Made by a program: the position numbers and the translations under genes. Below, one piece after another: positions 38,088 through 46,413 of a stretch of 64,000 nucleotides of DNA. Position 1 is the stretch's first letter, and each line of letters starts with the position of its first letter. Source of the DNA: Nitrospinaceae bacterium (GTDB lineage: Bacteria > Nitrospinota > Nitrospinia > Nitrospinales > Nitrospinaceae); contig OZ245011.1 of the NCBI GenBank assembly GCA_965223665.1, forward strand, positions 2,944,001-3,008,000. The letters run 5' to 3'. The notes beneath the pieces are model-generated. The model did no database searches. It saw only the letters and a list, made by a program, of their open reading frames with translations, and was not told the DNA's origin.

Positions 38088-39362
38088 ATGAAAATCACCA
38101 GGAAAATCAAAGACGAATCGGGATCCGCTTTAGTGGGTGTCCTTCTTTTTATGCTTGTATTAATGATTCTTATGCCGGCAATTTTGCAGGTCACCGGTTT
38201 GGATATTAAAAAAACAGGAATCTTCACTGAGTCTCGCGAGGCTTTTTATATTGCCGATGCCGGGCTGGAACAAGCGAAGGTAGTTGCCAAAAACCTGCCC
38301 GCAAATGATGTTCTTCAAGGGGCCGATGGGAATGCTACGAACACTTCTGACAACGGACTATTCAGTTCTATTCCGGGAAGTAATACCTACTCCTATAACA
38401 ATGCGAATTATACACAGGTATCTTTTAATGGAGGAACATACAATATTCGCGCTTTTGATAACAAAGATGAAGGAATCGGTATAGATGATCCTTGGGTTGA
38501 TAAGGATAATTCGTATTTTATTGAGTCCACAGGGATTTCCAATGACGGTACCATAAAAACCATTCGCGTTATGGTCCAAAATTACACTCTTCCTCCAAAC
38601 AAGTTTCCCGCAGCAGTTACACTGGTGGGTCCACTGTCGAATATAAACTCTCAGGGTTCTGGATTTGATGTTTTGGGAGGATATGAAAATGGTGGGACCA
38701 TAACTCATGGACTGGCAACAGATGGGACGGAAGATACTAGTTGTGATGGTTCCAGGGCGGTTGCCACAGAATCTCCGGGACCTATAGATGATGATGGATC
38801 CTGTGATTCGGCCACTTGTGTTGACTTTGGCGGAGGGGCTGAAAAGCATTTACAGGGATCAGGAGGAGGACCTCCTGACATCATGTTGGATCAAACCAGT
38901 TTTACCGCGAATGATGCCGAAAAGCTGCATACCTTACTCACCGCTTCGGGTGTCCCCGATTATGTTGATAATGGAAATACTACAATTAATAATAGCGACA
39001 ATGTCCAATGGGGAACCCATAGTGACCCGGACGTAGTTTATGTTAAAGGAGATCTGGATATTCGCGGTGACGTGAATGGTTCCGGGGTACTCATAGTAGA
39101 TGGAGACCTGGATATCTCCGGATCGTTCAACTGGGATGGAATTATATTGGTAGGATCCTGCGCTACCTGTGACGGCGCTTTAGTGGGAACCGGTTCGGCA
39201 ACGGTTTATGGAGCCATGGTGGTGGGTAATAGCGTAGACGCGGCCGTAAACTTTACCGGTAGCGCAACCATTGGTTTTAGTTGTGAAGGAATAGGCTATG
39301 GTAATTTAGCGACCAAAAAGAAATACCCGTTTACCGTCGCCTCGTGGAAAGAGATCAAGTGA
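38088..39362 (+). CDS. PilX N-terminal domain protein (type IV pilus minor-pilin-like) with beta-rich C-terminus
   Basis: DESG-SALVGVLLFMLVL prepilin-like start, AFYIADAGLEQA, IESTG, GVLIVDGDL repeats and C-terminal SWKE. Confidence 0.82.
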   Translation: MKITRKIKDESGSALVGVLLFMLVLMILMPAILQVTGLDIKKTGIFTESREAFYIADAGLEQAKVVAKNLPANDVLQGADGNATNTSDNGLFSSIPGSNTYSYNNANYTQVSFNGGTYNIRAFDNKDEGIGIDDPWVDKDNSYFIESTGISNDGTIKTIRVMVQNYTLPPNKFPAAVTLVGPLSNINSQGSGFDVLGGYENGGTITHGLATDGTEDTSCDGSRAVATESPGPIDDDGSCDSATCVDFGGGAEKHLQGSGGGPPDIMLDQTSFTANDAEKLHTLLTASGVPDYVDNGNTTINNSDNVQWGTHSDPDVVYVKGDLDIRGDVNGSGVLIVDGDLDISGSFNWDGIILVGSCATCDGALVGTGSATVYGAMVVGNSVDAAVNFTGSATIGFSCEGIGYGNLATKKKYPFTVASWKEIK

Positions 39363-39833
39363 TAATAAAACCAGGTTCGAGGCATGGGAGGTTGCAGTTT
39401 CATTCCATAAAAAAGGGGAGAAGTTGAAATGTTTTCACTTCCAACTCTTGAACAATTCTTTTTGGAAAAAATTGGACGGAGTAAGATTTAGTGGAACCAA
39501 AACATTCAGAAGGTTCTCTATTTGGCTAATATCCCCGAAGAACTCGATCTTATGTCCTCACCTCAAAGGTAATTGACCTTGTCTTCAACAAAGATACTCA
39601 TCCAACCCACCCCAACCCTGGGAAATCAAGAAAGGCTCTTTGGATAAATCTCATTTCAAACCTGATGTAATACGTTTAATGACAATAGAAACATCGTAAG
39701 TACGATATGGGTTTAAAATTCTTTCCCGCATAATCTCACTAAAGTTTTTATAGATCCAATTTCTTTCTCTTGATTTTTAATTTAAAAGGCACAAATAAAA
39801 TCTGTTCAAAGAGTTTTTAAGGGAGGAAATACT

Positions 39834-41123
39834 ATGAGAAAGTCTATCAGTTTATTTATATTTTTTATTGTGTTGTTTGCAAACACATTCTCTCATGCTG
39901 TCACCATCCAATTCACGGCCGTAGAGGACAGTTATATCAGTGAAACCAACCCCAATTCCAACTTTGGGACGGAAACCGTTTTGCTGGCCGATGGAAATGA
40001 TGGGTCAGGTGGAGAGATTGCTGCATTAATTAAATGGGACCTGTCTTCTATTCCACCTGATGCAACGGTTACTTCTGCTTCAATCATATTAAATTTAACG
40101 GACGCAAGTAGTGGGCCTTACAATATAATTCGTCAAAGCACAAATTGGAGTGAGGATACAGTGGACTGGAGTGACTTGTCTGGCTCCGCTACCATTCGTG
40201 GAATCATCCCAGCATTTGCCCAAGGCCAGACCACGATTAATTTAACTGTGGATGGAGTTAATTTAGTGCAGGGCTGGGTTGATGGGGGATTTGCCAATAA
40301 CGGAGTTACCATTCGCACTGCGGGAACCACCAATGGTATTGATATGGACTCCAGAGAGTCGGGAGGATTTTCTCCAATCCTGGAGGTGACTCATTCTGGT
40401 GGCACACCTACACTGGAATCGTTGCAGGCCAGGATTGCTGATTTAGAAGCTTTGTTAGCAGGAGTTGTCCGCAATGGAAATGATCTTCACTTTACCGGAA
40501 TGAACGTTCGTATCGAAAGTGGCTCCGGTGCGACCAATGGCGATACAGGGAGTGGAGGTCGTATTGTTAATGGGTTGGGAAATCTTATCGTTGGTTATGA
40601 TGAACCAAATCCTTTATTTCCACCTAATAAAACAGGTTCTCATAATCTCATTGTAGGCAGTGGGCATAATTATACGAGCTATGGTGGGTTTGCTGCAGGG
40701 GAAAATAATCAACTATTAAATATTTATGCGAGTGCCTGCGGAGGTCATCGCCACACGGTGGAGGGTCGTTGGGGAAGTGTTACCGGGGGTTGGTTCAATA
40801 CCGCAAGCGGGGATTCATCCACTGTCAGCGGAGGTCATTTCAATGAAGCTTCAGGTACTCATTCAATTGTAAGTGGTGGCCAGCAAAACACTGCTTCAGG
40901 GTTATCATCTAGTGTGAGTGGTGGTTGGTCCAACCAGGCCACGGCATTTGCTTCCAGTATTTCCGGAGGATTGGAAGGGATTGCCAGTGGTTTTTATTCC
41001 AGTGTTACTGGAGGTGAAGAGAATACCGCAAGTGGCAGTCGTTCAACTGTGAGCGGAGGACTTAATCGAAGTTCTGTCGGTCTTTATGATTGGAGAGCCG
41101 GAGGGCTTTTTGAAACCCAATAG
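39834..41123 (+). CDS. Secreted protein: DNRLRE/CBM96-like domain, coiled coil and 15-aa Gly/Ser-rich beta-solenoid repeats
   Basis: Signal peptide, EDSYISETNPNSNFG...LIKWDLSSIP...VTSA...NWSEDTVDW...PILEVT, LESLQARIADLEALL and tandem GGxxNxASGxxSxVS repeats. Confidence 0.78.
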   Translation: MRKSISLFIFFIVLFANTFSHAVTIQFTAVEDSYISETNPNSNFGTETVLLADGNDGSGGEIAALIKWDLSSIPPDATVTSASIILNLTDASSGPYNIIRQSTNWSEDTVDWSDLSGSATIRGIIPAFAQGQTTINLTVDGVNLVQGWVDGGFANNGVTIRTAGTTNGIDMDSRESGGFSPILEVTHSGGTPTLESLQARIADLEALLAGVVRNGNDLHFTGMNVRIESGSGATNGDTGSGGRIVNGLGNLIVGYDEPNPLFPPNKTGSHNLIVGSGHNYTSYGGFAAGENNQLLNIYASACGGHRHTVEGRWGSVTGGWFNTASGDSSTVSGGHFNEASGTHSIVSGGQQNTASGLSSSVSGGWSNQATAFASSISGGLEGIASGFYSSVTGGEENTASGSRSTVSGGLNRSSVGLYDWRAGGLFETQ

Positions 41124-41147
41124 TTTTAATCTATTTATATCTATAAA

Positions 41148-41174
41148 CCCGGGGAGCCTTTTCAGGCTTCCGGG
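41148..41174 (+). terminator. Hairpin between the convergent secreted-protein gene and the tRNA
   Basis: CCCGGGGAGCC-TTTTCA-GGCTTCCGGG. Confidence 0.5.
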
Positions 41175-41282
41175 AGGGAGAATCGAGAAAGAAAAAAATA
41201 CGAAAAGTGGCAAATTGCTTGCGAAAACTTGTGGAAAAATAAAATAGCAAGCAGGAGAATTTCAATAACTTGTATAAAATCA

Positions 41283-41358
41283 TGGAGCCGACGAGCGGGA
41301 TCGAACCGCTGACCTACGGATTACAAATCCGTTGCTCTACCAGCTGAGCTACGTCGGC
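41283..41358 (-). tRNA. tRNA-Thr (anticodon TGT)
   Basis: Reverse complement GCCGACGTAGCTCAGCTGGTAGAGCAACGGATTTGTAATCCGTAGGTCAGCGGTTCGATCCCGCTCGTCGGCTCCA folds as a cloverleaf with TTC loop and encoded CCA. Confidence 0.97.
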
Positions 41359-41884
41359 TTTGTGGCAGGATTTAGAATTCTAACTTCCTTTCCTTAAAGT
41401 TGCAATCGTAGAAATTTGTCGATTTCAATAAATTTTTCCGAAGAGAAAATAGTCTTAAACCCTCATAAAGGTGAATCACCCCAGCCCGCAGCGTGACTCT
41501 GCACCCGAAATAAATTTTCATCAGGTTTGTCTAAATATCATTTATCCACAAACTTTTGAGAATCCTTATTGCTTCCAACCGCAGGTTGGGGAAAGAGGGA
41601 GCACATCGATCTTTCTAATAGGAGTTACTTCTATGGATCGGATTTGCCAGGTCGATTCCCTTGTTGTCCATTCAAATATTTATTTTAAAATTTCATTGGT
41701 TTAGAAAGACCCCTGGTATATTAAGGGTCTCAGTTTTAAAGGTAGGTAAAAATTCTTTTCTAAATTCATTTTATTTTCCAGGGGGAGATTGGTAGTATGG
41801 GTCAAATTGAATTGGGTCCTTATTAGATATTTCCAATTTGATTGAAAAGTACTTGGACCTTCTTTTTGTCGAGAAATAAAAGTT

Positions 41885-42034
41885 ATGAATCCACCAGAAA
41901 GCAGAGCATTTATTAAAATCCTAATTTCATTGAGTATGGTTTTATGGTTTTTAGCCTGCGGTAACAAAAGAGCACCCACTCCTCCTGATGATAAGGCCAG
42001 TATGGGGAGCCAACAAATTAGCTCCCGAGTTTAG
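41885..42034 (+). CDS. Small lipoprotein, LptM/YifL/LppL-like (49 aa; not in the ORF track)
   Basis: MNPPESRAFIKILISLSMVLWFLA-CGNKRAPTPPDD...: lipobox FLAC followed by CGxKxxPxPP; upstream of a DUF484 gene. Confidence 0.65.
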   Translation: MNPPESRAFIKILISLSMVLWFLACGNKRAPTPPDDKASMGSQQISSRV

Positions 42035-42343
42035 GTTTTTGGATGATCAGAAAAATCAGGAAAATTTTTCTACAATCTTTCCATTTATTAATAAAATCCC
42101 CGGATGCCAAATCATCCTTTTGCAATTAAGAAGCATTATCCCCTTAAATTCAATCAGTTATAAAATAATTTGCGGGACAATGGCAACCTTTTGTGATATA
42201 AATTGAAACAAGGGGCAATCGGTTAAGCCCCAAATAATCAAATAATTATTTCGATTTTGGAAGCCAAGCCGACCCCACCGGCCCGCCGAAGATTTGCCAA
42301 TCGAAACCCAATTGTCTACAAACCCTGCAGAAGGATCGCATTC

Positions 42344-43552
42344 ATGGACAAACATCAAATTGCCCTTTACTTAAGTGAGCATCCCGAATTTTTTAAGGAT
42401 TTTCCGGATCTGTTACAAAAAATCAAAACTATTGAACCCGAAGATTTGCCGGATGAATCCAATAAAACCATCAATATTTCAAATAGAATTCTGGAGCGAG
42501 TGCAGGAGGACAATAAAACCATGAAGATCCAAATCAAATGGTTTTTGGATCTATTGGAAAACAATGAATCACTCCAGGAAAACTTGTTCGAAATTGAAAA
42601 AGTTCTTCTAACAAGCCCCAATATTGTAGAAATGATCCGTCAATTTAGAAAAGAAGTGATTCTTCGATTTAACCTTCCCGCTGTTTTAATTTTCCTTGTA
42701 GACGGACAAGATCACTTTATTCACAATTCTATTCAAGATCGCCTGCAGGAGGATTTGCTGGAGGGCTTGATTTTTATTGAGCAGGATACTTTGGATTCCT
42801 GGTTTGGTTCTAATCAACGGCCGGTATTAAGGGAAGATTTACAAGATGGTTCGGTTTTATTTAAAGCGCATTATCAAAAACCAATTTTGTCAGAAGCTCT
42901 GATTCCCATCATTCGTTATGGAAAATTAGCCGGAGCCCTTTGTTTTGGCAGTACCAAACCGAAGCATTTTTATGAAGGTTTACGAACGGATTACCTTGAA
43001 CGCACTGCGGAAAAATTAGGAATTGGACTGGATAATGTCCTTCTACAAGAAATCCTGAAAACCCAGGAAGCCTGGGAAGGCCCAACAGGTTTTATGAAAA
43101 CTTTGTATTTACGTCCTTTATTAGATCGGTACATGGAATTGGCGAGTAGCACAGAAACACCCCTTTCCTGCATAAAATTGGTCGTTGACTATTCGAGCGA
43201 AGTCCCGGATACTTATGACGAACCCCTTCAAGAGAGCCTAATCGAAGGTGTAGGCGAGGCGTTTCAGCAAAACACCCTACCCGATAAGGATCTCTTATTT
43301 TTTTCTGGGAATAATGTTTTTTGGATGCTCTTACCAAGGGTTCCTTTAGAAGGTGCCCGGCGAAGAGTGAAAAGAATTAGAGAAAGTCTTAAAGATTTAA
43401 GTTCGGGAATTAATAATGGAAAATTCCAATTCAAGTTTGGTGTTTCCGCTGTTCCCGGAGAATTTTCGGAAACTTCGAAAGAATTTTTAGAAGAAGTTTC
43501 GCAGAGTATTTTGAAAACACAAGAGGCTGAAGCCGAAAGTTTAATTTCATGA
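42344..43552 (+). CDS. DUF484 (YigA, GAF-like) protein fused to a degenerate GGDEF-like domain
   Basis: IALYLSEHPEFF, SEALIPI...LCFGS...HFYEGLRTDYL; the C-terminal half has a GGDEF-like layout (FSGNNVFWMLLP, FKFGVS) without catalytic residues. Start likely MDKHQ. Confidence 0.78.
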   Translation: MDKHQIALYLSEHPEFFKDFPDLLQKIKTIEPEDLPDESNKTINISNRILERVQEDNKTMKIQIKWFLDLLENNESLQENLFEIEKVLLTSPNIVEMIRQFRKEVILRFNLPAVLIFLVDGQDHFIHNSIQDRLQEDLLEGLIFIEQDTLDSWFGSNQRPVLREDLQDGSVLFKAHYQKPILSEALIPIIRYGKLAGALCFGSTKPKHFYEGLRTDYLERTAEKLGIGLDNVLLQEILKTQEAWEGPTGFMKTLYLRPLLDRYMELASSTETPLSCIKLVVDYSSEVPDTYDEPLQESLIEGVGEAFQQNTLPDKDLLFFSGNNVFWMLLPRVPLEGARRRVKRIRESLKDLSSGINNGKFQFKFGVSAVPGEFSETSKEFLEEVSQSILKTQEAEAESLIS

Positions 43553-44067
43553 TTCGAACTGCCAACAAAGATGAATCCAATGCCATTTTGGAGCTAATTA
43601 ATTTTCATGCCCAGGATGACCAAATGCTGTTTCGCTCTTTAGAGGAGATTCAATCGCATATTGGGGATTTTTTGGTTTATGTGGCGGAGGAAGATCAAAT
43701 TGTCGGTACCTGCAGCCTGAGTTGGAATATGGGGGGAATGGTTGAAATTCGTTCCTTGGCGGTTCGTCCAGATTTTTACCGGCAAGGGGTAGGCACTGCA
43801 TTAGTTGAGCAATGTATTAAGCGAGCTATTTTGGCGGAAGTCCCCCGGATATTCGTTTTGACCTATGCCGTACCCCTTTTTGAAAAATTAGGGTTTCGTA
43901 TTATTAATATGAACGAACTCCCACAAAAAATTTGGAAAGACTGTCAGGGCTGTCGGAAACAAGATCAGTGCGATGAAACTGCAATGATTCGAGACTTGGT
44001 TCCGGTGGTGGGACAATCCCTCCCGACACCAGATCAACAAGACTCGCAATCGACCGTTCCAGTTTAA
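43549..44067 (+). CDS. argA: GNAT N-acetyltransferase, short-form N-acetylglutamate synthase-like
   Basis: MLFRS, EIRSLAV, QGVGTAL, FVLTY and LPQKIWKDCxxC...CDE, typical of short ArgA. Confidence 0.75.
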   Translation: MIRTANKDESNAILELINFHAQDDQMLFRSLEEIQSHIGDFLVYVAEEDQIVGTCSLSWNMGGMVEIRSLAVRPDFYRQGVGTALVEQCIKRAILAEVPRIFVLTYAVPLFEKLGFRIINMNELPQKIWKDCQGCRKQDQCDETAMIRDLVPVVGQSLPTPDQQDSQSTVPV

Positions 44068-44092
44068 GCACATCCGTTTTAGGAGGTGGATT

Positions 44093-44806
44093 GTGATCGA
44101 TGCATTTTTTAATGCCCTCTCTGGTTTGCGCACCGCAAGCCGTCGCCTGGATATCAGCGCCAACAATACGGCAAACCTGCAGACCCCCGGATTTAAAAAA
44201 AGCCGTCCAGTGATAATGGATATTAAAACGGGTGGGTCGCAAATATTGGGAACCCAGCGTAACAATGCTTCCGGAGCTTTGCTTCCCACAAATGATCCCT
44301 TAAACGTTGCCATTGACGGTCCTGGATATTTTCAGGTAACTTTGCCGGATGGAAGTCCGGGGTTTACTCGGTTTGGTGCGTTTAAGACAGACAATTCCGG
44401 GCGCCTCGTCAATGCAAATGGATATTCTCTGCAACCAGAAATTACGGTCCCGTTAAATGCAGAATCGATTTCGATAAATAGCTCTGGTCAAGTCAACAGT
44501 TTCAGTAACGGTCAATCGGTCACTTTAGGTCAAATCCGTTTATCAGGATTTAATGATCCTTCTGGATTGACTTCTTTAGGTGGAAACATATTTGCCGCAT
44601 CAAATGCTTCCGGTCAACCTCTCTCCGGAAATCCCGGGTCTGGTGGTTTGGGATTAATTCGTTCCGGTGCATTGGAAACTTCTAATGTAGATATTACTGA
44701 AGAAGCGGTGGAGCAAATCCTATCCAAAGCCGCCTTTCGCGCTAATGCAAGTGTCATCCGTACCTCTAATGAAATTGTTGGAACAATTTTAGATATTAAA
44801 GCTTGA
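44093..44806 (+). CDS. Flagellar hook-basal body (FlgE/F/G family) protein, FlgG-like
   Basis: ALSGL...ANNTANLQTPGFK, AIDGPGYFQV, TRFGAF and LETSNVD. Confidence 0.88.
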   Translation: MIDAFFNALSGLRTASRRLDISANNTANLQTPGFKKSRPVIMDIKTGGSQILGTQRNNASGALLPTNDPLNVAIDGPGYFQVTLPDGSPGFTRFGAFKTDNSGRLVNANGYSLQPEITVPLNAESISINSSGQVNSFSNGQSVTLGQIRLSGFNDPSGLTSLGGNIFAASNASGQPLSGNPGSGGLGLIRSGALETSNVDITEEAVEQILSKAAFRANASVIRTSNEIVGTILDIKA

Positions 44807-44880
44807 AATTTATCACGCAACAGAGTTAGTATCGCTGTAAATATCTTAGATCCCCAAATTCAACTTGCGTTTATTCCAGC

Positions 44881-45153
44881 ATGAGTTTTCTCAATAAAGA
44901 AAACCTAAATTACCTGACTCGGGTGGAACAGTTTTTTCTATCGCTAAAAGACTCGGGTATGGCCTTATCTGCTAGCGATTATCATTTGATCAGTCAATGG
45001 GAACAACGCAATATTCCGGAAGAGCTTTTGTGCAGATGTATCGAAAAGTGTTACGTGGATTTTATTAAGTCTTCACGGAACCCGGATCCAAAAGTATCCT
45101 TAAGCCAACTGCGAGAATCGATTGAGATAGAATTAAAACAGGTGCCCCAATGA
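44881..45153 (+). CDS. Hypothetical protein, possibly a DnaD-like helical domain
   Basis: LSASDYHLISQWEQRNIPEELLCRCIE pattern; overlaps the start of the DnaC-like gene (ATGA). Confidence 0.65.
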   Translation: MSFLNKENLNYLTRVEQFFLSLKDSGMALSASDYHLISQWEQRNIPEELLCRCIEKCYVDFIKSSRNPDPKVSLSQLRESIEIELKQVPQ

Positions 45154-46082
45154 AAAAAACAAAAGCTAAAACTTGCAACGAGTGTAGAGGAGTTCATTAC
45201 ATTTTAATGAATGAATCCGGGAAAGTACACGGGGAAGTATGCTCCTGTTTTGAATGCGAGTTGTGTAATGGTCGTGGCATGGTGTTTTCTGAAGATGAAA
45301 AGGGCATCTCATTTTTGAGTCCCTGTGTCTGCGATGAACTCAAAGAAAATTTGAGTCGTCTCAATCAAAGTGGTATTCCCGGGAAATTTGTCAACGCGCA
45401 ATTTGAAACGTTTCATCCGATGGATGCGTCGCAAAAGCTGGCATTGAAAATTGCCAAAGATTTTGTGAAAGATTTTGGTAAAACCGATCAGGGAATTTTA
45501 TTTATGGGTCGTCCAGGATTGGGAAAAACCCATTTGGCAGTTTCTATTTTAAAACAATTGATTTTTGAAAAAGATGCCGAATGTAAATTCGTCGATTTTT
45601 TTCAATTGTTATCAGACATTCGATTTGGATATAGTCAGGATTTGTCGGAGCAGGCAATAATCAATCCTTATGTTCATGCACCCGTTTTGGTGATTGATGA
45701 ATTGGCAAAGGGTAGAAATACGGAATGGGAATTAACCATGCTCGACCAAATAATATCGAGTCGATATAACTCATCTGATAAGGTCACTCTTTTTACAACT
45801 AATTTTTTAAATGAAATTCCCAATACAAAAGAGAGTTCAAAGTGTGATACCCATGTAGAAATCAATGTGAGGTCTTCACGAAAGACGTTTGCCGGGGAAG
45901 AAACTTTAGAAGATAAAGTAGGAGAAAGAATTTACTCTCGATTGACGGAAATGTGTCGGTTTGTAAAAATTGAGGGGGAAGATTATCGGCATCATGTTCG
46001 GACTCACTCTCCTGGGTCAAGAAGTAGTCCAATTGGTAAAGCAAAGTCCAAATCCAAAATGAAATCTAAAACCAAAAAATAA
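45150..46082 (+). CDS. DnaC/IstB-like AAA+ ATPase with N-terminal Cys-rich Zn modules
   Basis: CNEC...CSC, CELC...CVC, GIPGKF, GRPGLGKTHL, LVIDEL, FTTN, RIYSRLTEMC and GEDYR. Confidence 0.88.
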   Translation: MKKTKAKTCNECRGVHYILMNESGKVHGEVCSCFECELCNGRGMVFSEDEKGISFLSPCVCDELKENLSRLNQSGIPGKFVNAQFETFHPMDASQKLALKIAKDFVKDFGKTDQGILFMGRPGLGKTHLAVSILKQLIFEKDAECKFVDFFQLLSDIRFGYSQDLSEQAIINPYVHAPVLVIDELAKGRNTEWELTMLDQIISSRYNSSDKVTLFTTNFLNEIPNTKESSKCDTHVEINVRSSRKTFAGEETLEDKVGERIYSRLTEMCRFVKIEGEDYRHHVRTHSPGSRSSPIGKAKSKSKMKSKTKK

Positions 46083-46110
46083 AGGGTGAGAATCGAATTT
46101 CTCACCCTTT
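46081..46110 (+). terminator. Intrinsic terminator after the DnaC-like gene
   Basis: AAAGGGTGAGAA-TCGAAT-TTCTCACCCTTT followed by ATT. Confidence 0.65.
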
Positions 46111-46413
46111 ATTCGAATCAGAGGATGCGAACCATTTGTCCAACTCTTGGTGGAGGATTAGGACGGGGTAGCGGACCCCCTGAAGGTCTATTCAATTTTT
46201 TTGGAATTTCGAGACTGATAAGTCCTCAAAATATCCTTTTTGTCCCTGGCAAAGCCGCCTTGCGAAACGGCGCAACTTCCTTTAAACCTGGTAAAACCGG
46301 TTTCCCATGAATCTACTGGGTTGTGGGTTTAATTTTTAATATAATTGATCCAAGAGATCGGATCATTCGGTTTTTAAAGAAATTGCTCATTATCTCTAAA
46401 ACGGAGAATTGAA

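Noticed and set aside
39430-39492. 20-aa ORF (MFSLPTLEQFFLEKIGRSKI) with a GGAG upstream
   Set aside because: Too short and featureless to support without conservation data.
31800-41283. Genomic island integrated at tRNA-Thr
   Set aside because: Gene content looks accessory, but I found no integrase and no duplicated tRNA 3' end (att site).
41360-42340. Possible oriC (TTATCCACA at 41542-41550 in a ~1-kb gene-poor region)
   Set aside because: Only one perfect DnaA box, with no visible box cluster or dnaA/dnaN nearby; a single 9-mer is expected by chance in AT-rich DNA.
45150-46082. IS21 element (IstB-like ATPase)
   Set aside because: No IstA transposase or terminal inverted repeats; the N-terminal Cys modules fit DnaC-like loaders better.
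46110-46320. GC-richer intergenic segment and 74-aa ORF after the DnaC-like gene; possible riboswitch or ncRNA
   Set aside because: No convincing family match or consistent fold by eye, and the ORF begins inside a terminator hairpin.
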